Source: a virus (Duplodnaviria; Caudoviricetes). From it: a DNA stretch of 54,081 nt. Of this stretch, positions 17,615 through 27,156 are shown one piece after another. Where the stretch lies: positions 1 to 54,081 of IMG/VR virus record IMGVR_UViG_3300020021_000019; one strand, given 5' to 3'. Made by a program: the position numbers and the translations under genes. The first letter of the stretch is position 1. Every line of letters begins with the position of its first letter. Under the pieces are notes generated by a model that saw only the letters and a program-made list of their open reading frames with translations, was not told the origin of the DNA and ran no database searches.

Positions 17615-20298
17615 TAGTTACCCTTGGTCCAGCGCGCGTTGCGGCTCAGCTTCTCAAACCCATCCGTCTGCGAGGCGGTCAGGGCCGCCACCTGGTCCAC
17701 CAGCATTTTGAATCCCGCCTGCTGCACCGTGACGGAATCCTTCATGGCGGTCACGGTCGCCGCCGTATTGTCCTTGATCGGCTTCATCACCTCGAGCTGC
17801 TGGGTCGCCACATCCACCTGCCCGCTGAACATGTCCGCCAGCGCCCCACTCTCAGCCAGGACCGAGGCGAAGTCCTGGGCGAACTGGGGACCGGAGGCGT
17901 TGACCGCCTTGTCGAGGGAGAGGAACTGGCGCGCGAGATCGGGCAGGGCGGCCGCCGCGGCCTGGTCGCCCGCTTTGGCCTTGGCCAGGTCATCCAGATA
18001 CTGCTGGCGCGCCTCGGCCAGCTGCTGCACGGGGGAGAGGGTCGTCAGACTCGAGTCGAGCAGCAGCGACTTCCGGAAGTCCTTGAGACTGTCCACGACG
18101 CCGGCGAGCGCCGAATCAGCGTCCCGGAGCTGCCCGGTCATCTGGAGCAGTTCGTTCTCGAACTCCTGAGGGGTGAGCCCACCCAGCTGGGCGGTGGTGA
18201 TCTGGCCGCTATTCAGCTTGTCGAACAGGGCCGACAGCGCATCCTCACCCGACTGGCGGCCGGTGGCCGACCCCAGGTTGAGCCCGTTCAGGGCGTTGAA
18301 GATCAGCGCGTTGCCGGATGGGATCAGGTTCGCCGGGTCCCCCAGGGGGCCCTGATGGGGCTTGAGGGTCTGGAGCTCGGCCAGCAGTTGCTGGATCGGG
18401 TCCGTGATGTTCTTGAGCTGGAAACCGGTCTGCTGGTTCTGAAGCCGGCTGCCCAGACTCCCGTTGATCTGCAGCAGATCAGTCTTGTTCAGCGCGTCGA
18501 GCAGCTGCTGCAGGAACGTGGAGGACTTCGAGTCGAGCCCAAACTGCTTGCCGAAGTCGGTCAGTTCGGCCTTCTGGGCATCGGTCAGACCGGCGCCGAT
18601 GGTCCCGCTCCCGGTCAGGCCGCGGTTGATGAGACTCCGGATCTCCTGAGCCTGCGTACCGGTCACATCCGACTTGAGGCTCTCCACATCGGTCAGCCGC
18701 TGCAGCGCGATCGTGTTGGCCTTCTGGGCATCCAGCGCCGCCTGCTCCTCTGGGCTCAGCTGGTGGCCACCGAGAAGCCCCGACAGGACGCTGCCGATCG
18801 CGCCAGCGACACCGATGCCTGCCGTCAGGATATCGCCACTGCTGCCGGACTTGATCGCCTTGGCGAGTTCGTTGGCTGCGCCGACCCCTGACGCGAGGCC
18901 TTTGATGATATCGGCCGTCTGATCGCTCACATCCCCGAACACTCCCACCAGGTCCAGTCCCGCGGCGACGCTGTTCTGGATCTCCAGCGTCAGCCGCTGG
19001 GCGTCCTGGACCGCCTTGACCTGGTTGGCATGCTGCTCGGCCGCCTGCTTCTCGGGGTCGAGGTGCTCCCGCTGGCCGGCGCCGAGGAGGATCGACGGCG
19101 TGCGGTTCGGGTCGAATGGCTCGCTGGTGAACCCGGGAAAGTCGGAGTTGTCGAGGATCTTCACCCCGTTACTCAGCGCCTGGATGCCCTGCAGGATGGC
19201 GGGGATGTTGTGCGCCGCTGCTTCCAGGACGGTCTCGACCTGCTGGATGGGCGCGCCACTCATCTTGGTATAGAGGCCGGCCACCTTGGTCTGGGCCTGC
19301 AGCAGCTGGTCCGCCTGGTCGAGCAGCCCCTTCAGCCGATCGATCTCCGCGTGGGTGTCCTTGGTGCTCCCGAGCGCGTTCGGGTCGGCATTGAGTCCCG
19401 AGATCTCCGCCTTGATCCGGTTCTCGATCCCCACCAGCTCCTGGATGCCCTGCTGGTCGAGCTGGCCGCCAGTGAACTTGCGCTGCAGATCGGAGAAGGC
19501 GCGGCCGAGTTCGGTTGTCTCCCCGGTGAACTGGGCCATCTTGGCCTGATTATCCAGCAGATTCTTGTACTGCACATCGAGGTCGTGGATCTCCTGAATC
19601 GTCTCTTTGAGTTTGTCGCTCAGGCCGGGGACAAGGTTGGCACCGGGGACAAAGCTCTGAATGGTCAGCAGGAGACCCAGCTTGTCGTGCATTGCGTCGA
19701 GCTGATGCCCCACGATAGCCAACGGGCTCGTCTGGCGCAGCGAGTCCATGTACTTGTCATAGGCCTCACCCGCCTTGCGATAGTCCTCCGTCAGATTGCT
19801 GATGGCGAATGCAACCCCTGCCAGCCCTGCCAGCACCGCGATCATGATCGGGCCGCCGATGCCCAGCTGGGCGAATCGAGCCGTAAAGCTGACGAGGCGC
19901 TCATTGGCCCCGGCGGTCTCGGCCACCACACCCGACAGGACGCGCTCGAGGCCGCCGAGCCCGTGCACCGAGGCCTCAGCCCCCTCGGCGACGGCCTTTT
20001 GCTGGCCGGCCAGCTTCTGCATGCCGATGGTCCAGGACGACGTCCCATCGGACAGCTTCTTCATCAGGGGATCGACTTCGGTGAGGACGTCTTTGGTAGC
20101 GGCCTGCGCCGTCTTCTGCTGGGCGAGGGCGGTATTGAGGTTCCGCAGCTGGGCCGCCTGGACCGCCGAGGCCTGGGCTACCCGCTTCATCTGGGCCTCG
20201 GTCCCCACACCGGTCGCCGTCAACGCTGCCAGCCCGGTGTTGGCCGGGCCGATCTGGGAGTTGTCGATGGCGATGCCGAGGGTGGCCAGATCAGGCAT
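17614..20298 (-). CDS. Tail tape measure protein
   Basis: About 894 aa, Ala/Gly/Gln-rich helical, DLATLGIAID start; follows the chaperones. Confidence 0.9.
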   Translation of the reverse strand: MPDLATLGIAIDNSQIGPANTGLAALTATGVGTEAQMKRVAQASAVQAAQLRNLNTALAQQKTAQAATKDVLTEVDPLMKKLSDGTSSWTIGMQKLAGQQKAVAEGAEASVHGLGGLERVLSGVVAETAGANERLVSFTARFAQLGIGGPIMIAVLAGLAGVAFAISNLTEDYRKAGEAYDKYMDSLRQTSPLAIVGHQLDAMHDKLGLLLTIQSFVPGANLVPGLSDKLKETIQEIHDLDVQYKNLLDNQAKMAQFTGETTELGRAFSDLQRKFTGGQLDQQGIQELVGIENRIKAEISGLNADPNALGSTKDTHAEIDRLKGLLDQADQLLQAQTKVAGLYTKMSGAPIQQVETVLEAAAHNIPAILQGIQALSNGVKILDNSDFPGFTSEPFDPNRTPSILLGAGQREHLDPEKQAAEQHANQVKAVQDAQRLTLEIQNSVAAGLDLVGVFGDVSDQTADIIKGLASGVGAANELAKAIKSGSSGDILTAGIGVAGAIGSVLSGLLGGHQLSPEEQAALDAQKANTIALQRLTDVESLKSDVTGTQAQEIRSLINRGLTGSGTIGAGLTDAQKAELTDFGKQFGLDSKSSTFLQQLLDALNKTDLLQINGSLGSRLQNQQTGFQLKNITDPIQQLLAELQTLKPHQGPLGDPANLIPSGNALIFNALNGLNLGSATGRQSGEDALSALFDKLNSGQITTAQLGGLTPQEFENELLQMTGQLRDADSALAGVVDSLKDFRKSLLLDSSLTTLSPVQQLAEARQQYLDDLAKAKAGDQAAAAALPDLARQFLSLDKAVNASGPQFAQDFASVLAESGALADMFSGQVDVATQQLEVMKPIKDNTAATVTAMKDSVTVQQAGFKMLVDQVAALTASQTDGFEKLSRNARWTKGN

Positions 20299-20300
20299 GA

Positions 20301-20669
20301 CTACTTGGGGTCCTCCGGCGGATGGCGCTTGGTCCAATCGAGCTGGAGCAGCGCGTGAACTTCCTCAGGGTACGGTCTTCGGCCGGTCAGACTCGCCCAG
20401 GCCTGGATGTCCACGAAGCCGATCGGCGACATGGCGAACCCCGTGCTCCCGCGGGCGCGATCGAGTTCGACAAACCATTCCCAGAGGTAAGCCAGCTCAT
20501 CCGGGAAGGGCGGCCCTTCCAGCTGGTCGATCGCGTCCTGCCGGCCGCGCCGGGCCAACGACTCGAGATGGGTCCGGAGCGGTGTGTCATCGCCTTTACT
20601 GCCCGGCCGGGCCAGCTCGAAGAGGTTGGCCGCAAAGGCGATCAGCTGGTCGAGCCGCCACTGAAAAAA
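20301..20669 (-). CDS. Tail assembly chaperone, T (frameshift) portion
   Basis: PDELAYLWEWFVELDRARG..SPIGFVDIQAW; -1 frame relative to G. Confidence 0.85.
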   Translation of the reverse strand, partial: FFQWRLDQLIAFAANLFELARPGSKGDDTPLRTHLESLARRGRQDAIDQLEGPPFPDELAYLWEWFVELDRARGSTGFAMSPIGFVDIQAWASLTGRRPYPEEVHALLQLDWTKRHPPEDPK

Positions 20670-21070
20670 CGGGCCCGTTCCATTCGACCGGTCGCCACCT
20701 GCTCGTACAGCCACGGGAACCGCGAGTCGCTATAGACCTTGAAGGCGTTGGCCTCCGTGCACTCCAAGGCCTGGCCGTCGATCACATCCAAGTGCCAGTG
20801 AATGGTGGCCACGGCCAACCGTCGGGCGTTGCGCGCCTCGATCCCGACCGCGGTCAGCGTGCTCTTGCGGCCAGCCTTGGCCTGGTCGATCGCCTCATCC
20901 TGCTGCTTGCGGTCGTAGTCCCGCATCCGCTGGCTGTCATCGCCGAGCACCGTGACGGACATCGGTTCGCCGTCATCGTGCATCAGCGGCCCGCCCGTGC
21001 GGGGATCCGTCAGGATGATGGTCAGCCCGCGCTCACTGACGACCTTGCTGTCGAGGGTGGAGAGTTCCAT
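20642..21070 (-). CDS. Tail assembly chaperone G
   Basis: SVTVLGDDS...FPWLYEQV; position between the tube gene and TMP. Confidence 0.85.
   Translation of the reverse strand: MELSTLDSKVVSERGLTIILTDPRTGGPLMHDDGEPMSVTVLGDDSQRMRDYDRKQQDEAIDQAKAGRKSTLTAVGIEARNARRLAVATIHWHLDVIDGQALECTEANAFKVYSDSRFPWLYEQVATGRMERARFFSGGSTS
20663..20669 (-). promoter_or_regulatory. -1 ribosomal frameshift slippery site T TTT TTC
   Basis: CGT TTT TTC in the G frame; the -1 frame reads FFQWRLDQ... Confidence 0.85.
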
Positions 21071-21198
21071 CGTGGTGCTCCTCAAGGGCGTCCCGGCTTC
21101 CGCCACGGCTCATTCCCGTCACCTGCCCGGGCGCGACGGAAGACGGGACTGTCGAGCGTGGAACGACCGGCATCCCGATGAGCGCGGGCGCCGGGGGA

Positions 21199-21456
21199 CT
21201 ACTCCGCCTTGTCTTCCTTCGTGTCTTCCTTCGCCGGCTTGGCGGCCGGCACGATTGTGATCTGGGCGTCGATGGTGCACTCCACGGTCACCTGATCCTC
21301 CGGGCCGGCCTTTCGGATCTCGGCATGGAGGTAGTCGCCGACGGTGTCGATCGCGGCCTGGCCTTCGGGGTTGGCATCCCGGGCGTGACTGATCTGGGTC
21401 TCCAGGGCATTGCTGGCCTGGACGGGAGTTCCGCTGGCGCTAAGTGCGAGCTGCAT
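21199..21456 (-). CDS. Hypothetical protein
   Basis: GAGG RBS; protein-like composition. Confidence 0.65.
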   Translation of the reverse strand: MQLALSASGTPVQASNALETQISHARDANPEGQAAIDTVGDYLHAEIRKAGPEDQVTVECTIDAQITIVPAAKPAKEDTKEDKAE

Positions 21457-21466
21457 GGGTGGATCC

Positions 21467-21973
21467 TCAGTCGTTGGTGCCCGACTTCATGAGCGTCAGG
21501 CGTGGTTTGATGTGGCGCCGGACATATTCTGCCGCGGCCTCGAGTCTCGCTGGGCTATCTTTGAACTTTCCGAGTCCATGATTGCATCCACCGCAGAGCA
21601 GTGACCTGACCACACCGGTCTTGTGGCAGTGGTCAACATGCGGCGCGGCGGTGAACTCCTCTCGACAGATCGCACAACAACCAGCCTGATCGGACCGCAT
21701 CTGTTCGAAAACAGCCAGTGTCATGCCGCCATATTTTTTGAGATTGTGCGCCTTGACTTTGTCAGGGTGCTTCTCGCGTAGCCGCTTTTGCGCGGCGCAG
21801 TACTTCTGAGGGTCGGCTGCATACCGCGCTCGCCGCCGAGCCTTGATCTGCTCGCTTCGCCTATCCCTACTGGCGCGATAGTTCTCCCTGACCCGATCTG
21901 GATGTGCGGCGCGGTACCGCTTTGCCGCCTGACGCCTGGCTTCCCTCTGCGCCTCAGTCACTTCAGGGAGCAC
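21467..21973 (-). CDS. Endonuclease VII-like HNH nuclease (probable homing endonuclease)
   Basis: QAGCCAIC..HVDHCHKTGVVRSLLCGGCNHGLGKFKD. Confidence 0.92.
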   Translation of the reverse strand: MLPEVTEAQREARRQAAKRYRAAHPDRVRENYRASRDRRSEQIKARRRARYAADPQKYCAAQKRLREKHPDKVKAHNLKKYGGMTLAVFEQMRSDQAGCCAICREEFTAAPHVDHCHKTGVVRSLLCGGCNHGLGKFKDSPARLEAAAEYVRRHIKPRLTLMKSGTND

Positions 21974-23186
21974 TCGTCAGGACCGACAGCATCGTGTCGT
22001 CGTATCCCGACACGCCGGCGCCCTTGGTGCCGGTCATGAACGGCAGGTTGACGATCTTGGGCCCCGACTGCCCGATCTGCTCATCCACGTTGGTGTACTT
22101 GACCCGTGAGATAAACAGCGAGATGCAGTCCTTGGGCTCGCTCATCGGCGCGACCAGCAAGGCCAGGAACTCCACCTCGGTTTCCGCCACGAAATCGGCG
22201 AACGGCTGCATATCGGATTGCAGCGCGCTGAACGAGCCGTCGAGGTCGGCATTGTCGGGGAAGATGTCGGGCGAGTTGTTCGACCCGATGACCTCCACGC
22301 CCTTAGCGTGGTTGTCGAAGGTGGCCTCGAAGGCCGTGAGGTCGACCCGGTCGACGCCCTTGAGCCGGATGGCGGCATCCAGCCAGGTCAGTGCTACGGC
22401 GGTGGTGAGCGTTGGAGACGTGAAGTTCGGGCTGGCGCCCGAGGCGAGCGGGGTCTGGTCGGTCCCGACAAAGCCGAACTCGATGATGGCCATGCCATTG
22501 GGCTGGCCCGTGAGTTTGATGGACGCGAGGACCACGTCGACGGTCCGCTTCGTCAGGTCCATGTCCTGGTTGTACTCTTCGATCGTGAAGTACCGCTGCA
22601 CCGGCACCGTCGGCTGCACCAGCTTCTTCAGGATGGTGACGGTGAAGGTGGTGTCCGGGGTGCCGTTGACGACCAGCGTCTCGGCCACCGTCAGGGTGAG
22701 GGCGGTCACACCGGTCACGCGAACGTTGATCTGGTTATTGGCGCCATCGGGGAAGCCCGTCAGGCGGATGATGTCACCCACCCGCACGCCTTGGGTGATC
22801 CAGGAGCCGGCCGCTGCCACGATGGTGTGGGCGCCGGTGGTCACGGAGGTCGCCGCGGCCGAGCCGTTCAGCGTCGTGGCTTGGGTAATGGCGACTTGGG
22901 CCGTCCACGTCCCGCGCAAGCAGGCCTCGATCAGGGCATCGAACGTGCCCACCGACATGTCCGCGGCATAGCTGCCGGCGACGGTCTTGGACCCGAGACG
23001 GCCCATGGAACTCTTGCCATCGGCTCTGATCTCGTTCGACTTGAACGACGGCCGGTTCATCTTGATGCCACCGCTCGGATTGGCGCGAAACACGGTGGCG
23101 CCGGCACCCGAGGCCGGCACGCCGAGGCCCGACTGTACTTTGTACGCCACGATGACGCCATGGCCTGTCTGATAGGGTCCTGGCAT
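21963..23186 (-). CDS. Major tail tube protein
   Basis: SNEIRADG..FDALIEACLRGTW..YFTIEE; size and position. Confidence 0.85.
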   Translation of the reverse strand: MPGPYQTGHGVIVAYKVQSGLGVPASGAGATVFRANPSGGIKMNRPSFKSNEIRADGKSSMGRLGSKTVAGSYAADMSVGTFDALIEACLRGTWTAQVAITQATTLNGSAAATSVTTGAHTIVAAAGSWITQGVRVGDIIRLTGFPDGANNQINVRVTGVTALTLTVAETLVVNGTPDTTFTVTILKKLVQPTVPVQRYFTIEEYNQDMDLTKRTVDVVLASIKLTGQPNGMAIIEFGFVGTDQTPLASGASPNFTSPTLTTAVALTWLDAAIRLKGVDRVDLTAFEATFDNHAKGVEVIGSNNSPDIFPDNADLDGSFSALQSDMQPFADFVAETEVEFLALLVAPMSEPKDCISLFISRVKYTNVDEQIGQSGPKIVNLPFMTGTKGAGVSGYDDTMLSVLTSAP

Positions 23187-23197
23187 GGTCGGCTACC

Positions 23198-23860
23198 TCA
23201 GGAGTTGTTAGAGAACACGCGCCACGGGACCGTGACGACCACGAACGGGGCGCCGCGATCGTCGTTCCGGATCTGGCTGCGCCACGGCATCTGCTGGAGG
23301 ACTCGGACTGCGTACCCGGAGGTCAGCGGCAGGGTGGTCCCCGGCTTAAACAGCGCCATCACCGCATCCGCCATGCGATCGGCAGCGGCGTCACCGGTAT
23401 TCGGGACACCGAACAGCGTGGCCACATACAGACCTTGGCTGTCGACCATGGCGCCAGCGGCTGGTCCCGATCCAAGCACCGGCGGGGCTGGGGCGTACTG
23501 CTCCTGCAGATAGGGTTTCAGCTGAATGGGTCGGCCAACCAGGTTCTCGTAGAGCCTGGTCGACGGCACACCCACGGTCAGGCTTCGCCCGGCGCCCGCG
23601 CCCTCGGCCGACAGACCGGACACACTCAGGGTCAGCGGGGTTACCGCGGTGATCACCTGGGGCCCATTGTTGGTCCCGGTGCCGAACCCGCTGGCCAGCA
23701 GCTCCATGCCCGCCACGAAGCCATCCGTCACGAAGCTGCCCGACGTTCGCACGTACCCGCTTGCCGTCACGCTCAGGCTGATGGCGCCAGTCGTCGCCAC
23801 GACCAGGGTGAGCAGCTGGCCGCGGAGCGACAGGCGGATATCCTGGGAGCTGATCGTCAC
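23198..23860 (-). CDS. Tail terminator-like protein with internal insertion
   Basis: YEN..PYLQEQ..GLYVATLFGVPNTG..ADAVMALFKPGT..VTVPW. Confidence 0.75.
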   Translation of the reverse strand: MTISSQDIRLSLRGQLLTLVVATTGAISLSVTASGYVRTSGSFVTDGFVAGMELLASGFGTGTNNGPQVITAVTPLTLSVSGLSAEGAGAGRSLTVGVPSTRLYENLVGRPIQLKPYLQEQYAPAPPVLGSGPAAGAMVDSQGLYVATLFGVPNTGDAAADRMADAVMALFKPGTTLPLTSGYAVRVLQQMPWRSQIRNDDRGAPFVVVTVPWRVFSNNS

Positions 23861-24321
23861 GCTGGGGCACCGGCGATGCTCGAGCTGAGCGCGATCCCGA
23901 TCGCGGTGTCGACCTCTCGGACCGCCTGCGCGACGAGCTTCTCCCAGCCAAGCCGGGTCAGCTTCACGGAATGGAAGCCGCCAACCTGTGAGCGCAGGTG
24001 CAGCTCAATGTCCGGCTCACCCACGAGATCCTGGCTGTCTCCCTCGCCAATCCCTCGAGCTGCTCGACCCTTCCGGGCCCCATCCTCGATATCAGGGGCG
24101 TAGATGGCGTTGGTCACGATCTGCCGGGCCAGCGGCCCGAGAATCAGGTTGTGCCAGCTCCCCTTCAGGAAGCCGGTATCGACTGGCTGCCCCGGTGCAC
24201 CGGTGATCGCGGATCCGTTCACGATGGACTGGAAGGCCAGTTCGCAGACCCGATTGTGCACATCGAGCGCCCGGTGCTCGACCTTCGCCTGGAATCGCGC
24301 CAGATCGTCGCCGAACCCCAT
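23857..24321 (-). CDS. Tail completion protein (HK97 gp10-like)
   Basis: PVDTGFLKGSW..TNAIYAPDIEDG..SQ. Confidence 0.8.
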   Translation of the reverse strand: MGFGDDLARFQAKVEHRALDVHNRVCELAFQSIVNGSAITGAPGQPVDTGFLKGSWHNLILGPLARQIVTNAIYAPDIEDGARKGRAARGIGEGDSQDLVGEPDIELHLRSQVGGFHSVKLTRLGWEKLVAQAVREVDTAIGIALSSSIAGAPA

Positions 24322-24623
24322 CAGCGGGCCACGTGGAGCTTGGAGAGCACGACGACGCCATCCGGCGCCACGTGCACGGCGTCCTTGACCATCACGGTCT
24401 CGCCCGCCCATACCGTCACATCGCCAGCCTTCACCCGATCGACCATGTAGGGCTGGGGAATGAAGATCAGCTTCATGACCTGGCTCGAGGTCAGGCCGAG
24501 CGGCAGGAACACCTCGGGATCCGCAGGCACCTCGACCGCGTTGCCGCTGATCGAGGTGACCACCGGCGAGGTCACCGCGGTGGCCTCGTTGTAGGACTGC
24601 ACCGTGCGCGTGAAGGTGATCAT
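24321..24623 (-). CDS. Head closure/stopper protein (its N-terminal helix may lie in the upstream frame)
   Basis: ITFTRTVQSYNEAT...VAPDGVVVL beta-barrel pattern. Confidence 0.65.
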   Translation of the reverse strand: MITFTRTVQSYNEATAVTSPVVTSISGNAVEVPADPEVFLPLGLTSSQVMKLIFIPQPYMVDRVKAGDVTVWAGETVMVKDAVHVAPDGVVVLSKLHVAR

Positions 24624-26029
24624 ACGCCCGCATCGCCCACGTCCTTCAGCGCGGAGGCATGCTCCGCCGCGAACCCATGGGCTAGGCCCACATCGATGAA
24701 GGCCGAGTCATGCTCCGGCTTGTACTTGCCGATCACCACCACGGGGGGCACGACGATGATTCCGCCATCCGTGACGGGCATCCACCCGGATCCCGGGTTC
24801 TGGAAGGGCAGGATCGAGGTCGGGACCCGCCACAGGTGCGCCAGGCGGAGGTAGAGCGGGCTCAGCAGGTCCGCGATCGTCGGTACCACGATGACAGGAG
24901 CGCCCAGCCGTGGCGTGGGCAGGAAGAGCTGCGCAAACGGATAGTTCGGCGCGTAGGCGGCTGCGGCCCACTGACCCTGGAGGGTTAGGATGGGCGACGG
25001 GTCGCCGATCGGCACCAGCAACGCGCGATAGGCCAACTGCACGGCGGGGTAGGGTGCGGCGAAGAACCGGATAGGCCAGGCTGCTGGCGTCGGTGCGCCA
25101 ACAGGAGCTCCACCGATCGGCGGGAGCATCGATGCACCGAGGGCCAGCTGGATCTGGGGATACGGCGCCCGCCACTGCGAGGCCTGTCGGGCATAGAACT
25201 CGGCCAGCATCATCGGGCCCGCTGAGCCTGGCACGATGACCGGCGGCGGAATCAGCGGGGTGCGGAGCTGGAGCTGGACACTCGGATAGGGTGTCCGCCA
25301 CAGCGGACCGAACCGGTAGTACCAGGTGGCGGAGTCGAAGAACGCTGCCGGCGCATCGCCGCCCACCGCCACTTGGTCCAGGAACGCGATGCCGTATCCA
25401 CCAGTCGAGCTGGCGCGCTGGTTGGCGTAGAACGCGGCCGTATCGAACGGGGCAATGCCCGGGTTGCCGACCGAAGCCAGCGGCAGCTGCTGGGTGAACT
25501 GCTCCGAGGGGAACGGGATCCGCCAGAGATGGGCGTGGGCCGCGTAGAATGCCGCCAACGTCTGGGCCGACGGGGTCGAGGCGACGATGACGGGCGGGGG
25601 CAACAGTTGCGGTGGCAGCTGCAGCTGCTCCGAGGGGTACTGCACGCGGAAGTAGATCGACGGGGTTTCACGCAGGTGCGCGGCCCCGACGGGCGGATTC
25701 CCCACCGGCAGGAGCTTCGGCGCCGAGACCAGTTGGACTGCCGCATAGGGATGAGGAGCGGTGTGGAACGAGATCGGCCGCGCGGCGGGATGCGAGAGCA
25801 GCCCTGCTGCCGCGGCACCCACGGCCATCAGGACGGGCTTGGAGGCCAGCATCACGGCTGCGTAGGGGAACGGAGCCGAGGAAAAGAGGCCGGGGCCACT
25901 CGGCGAGATGGGCGGCAAGCCCACGGCCGGCGCCCCCACTGGCTGCTTGGGAAACACCTGGTGGACCTGCATCGGGTAGTGGCGGAAGACTCCACCGTAC
26001 CCGCCCGCGCCTCCCAGCGTTGCGCTCAT
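24620..26029 (-). CDS. Pro-rich tandem-repeat protein
   Basis: About 10 imperfect repeats of (W)RxPYPxxQL...PxG. Confidence 0.7.
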   Translation of the reverse strand: MSATLGGAGGYGGVFRHYPMQVHQVFPKQPVGAPAVGLPPISPSGPGLFSSAPFPYAAVMLASKPVLMAVGAAAAGLLSHPAARPISFHTAPHPYAAVQLVSAPKLLPVGNPPVGAAHLRETPSIYFRVQYPSEQLQLPPQLLPPPVIVASTPSAQTLAAFYAAHAHLWRIPFPSEQFTQQLPLASVGNPGIAPFDTAAFYANQRASSTGGYGIAFLDQVAVGGDAPAAFFDSATWYYRFGPLWRTPYPSVQLQLRTPLIPPPVIVPGSAGPMMLAEFYARQASQWRAPYPQIQLALGASMLPPIGGAPVGAPTPAAWPIRFFAAPYPAVQLAYRALLVPIGDPSPILTLQGQWAAAAYAPNYPFAQLFLPTPRLGAPVIVVPTIADLLSPLYLRLAHLWRVPTSILPFQNPGSGWMPVTDGGIIVVPPVVVIGKYKPEHDSAFIDVGLAHGFAAEHASALKDVGDAGV

Positions 26030-26033
26030 ACCC

Positions 26034-26318
26034 TCATTTCGCGGTCAGATAGACCGGGATGATGCCTTTCGATTGGACATGCGTCCGGTTGGGCTTGGGG
26101 TAGCCTTTCCCGCCGCATTCGGGGCAATCCAGATAGTCCGAGCCCCCCAGCCAGAGCTTGCCACGACCGGCACAGGCCACGCAGTGCTTCACGCGGCCAG
26201 TACCGTCGCAGTCCATGCACTTCATCCAACGCCAGCGACCATCGGTCCCGATGCCGGCGCGGTGGTGCCCATAGCCTCTGCAGCCGATGCAGGGCTCCGA
26301 GCCGTGCCGCTCAGCCAA
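26034..26318 (-). CDS. DnaJ-type Cys-rich zinc finger protein
   Basis: Four CxxCxGxG motifs. Confidence 0.75.
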   Translation of the reverse strand: MAERHGSEPCIGCRGYGHHRAGIGTDGRWRWMKCMDCDGTGRVKHCVACAGRGKLWLGGSDYLDCPECGGKGYPKPNRTHVQSKGIIPVYLTAK

Positions 26319-26757
26319 CTTCCAGCAGCTTGAGGCCGCTGTTGACGGTCAGCGCTTGCGGGGTGGTCTGGGTCCGGAGAGCCAGGATGCCGCCGCCGCC
26401 GACGGTCTCGCGCTCTTCCGGCACGCCCAGATACGTCCAGGGGTTCTGCCAGTTGAAGGAATCTGGAAAGAGGACGGCGCCGAGCGTGCCCTGCGTGGTG
26501 CAGAGGCCGCGGACTGTGCCACCGAAGGCGGTATCGCTCCCATCGGCGGGATTGGCCGTGGGGGCGGTGACGCCGGTGCCAGCCGTCGACTGCCGCGCCA
26601 GCGCGATGCCCTGCTGGTTCGAACTGGTGTTGCCCTGCTGGGAGAGCCAGGCGCGGAGGATGATGCAGCACTTGGCTGCGGCCGCGGTGAGCTCGATGAT
26701 CGTGGTCGCGGCCGCAGTCAGGGAGACGCCGGGGTGTTCGATCGAATAGGCGCGCAT
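26311..26757 (-). CDS. Hypothetical beta-rich virion protein
   Basis: Thr/Ala/Gly-rich; head module. Confidence 0.7.
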   Translation of the reverse strand: MRAYSIEHPGVSLTAAATTIIELTAAAAKCCIILRAWLSQQGNTSSNQQGIALARQSTAGTGVTAPTANPADGSDTAFGGTVRGLCTTQGTLGAVLFPDSFNWQNPWTYLGVPEERETVGGGGILALRTQTTPQALTVNSGLKLLEVG

Positions 26758-26759
26758 GC

Positions 26760-27104
26760 TCAGTTCCTCCGGGCTACGCCGGTGTATCCGCAGTCGCCTG
26801 CGGTGCAGCTGAATCCGGGAAGCGCCCGGTCGACCACGCGGGTGAAGGGAATGGCAGCACCCGTGAGGTTATCGTGGAACAACCGGACATCCTCGAACGT
26901 GATGGTCACCGAATCCCCGTACTTCGGATCATCGGGACCCAAGGCCGCCAGGTACGGGGACCCGCAGCGCGGGCATTCGCAGCGCACTTCGTTCTTCTCG
27001 GGGGTGAGCGTCCCAGAGTCCCCGCGCTGGATCTCGTATTCCTTGCCATCCACGTGCTGTGCCAGCATCGGCTTGCTGCTGGTGTTCGGCCGAAACGTGA
27101 TCAT
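26760..27104 (-). CDS. Zinc-binding hypothetical protein
   Basis: CECPRC...CTAGDC. Confidence 0.6.
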   Translation of the reverse strand: MITFRPNTSSKPMLAQHVDGKEYEIQRGDSGTLTPEKNEVRCECPRCGSPYLAALGPDDPKYGDSVTITFEDVRLFHDNLTGAAIPFTRVVDRALPGFSCTAGDCGYTGVARRN

Positions 27105-27156
27105 TGCGGTGACCCTTTCCTCACATGAAATGCAGGCCTGTGGGCCCGCCAGGTTG

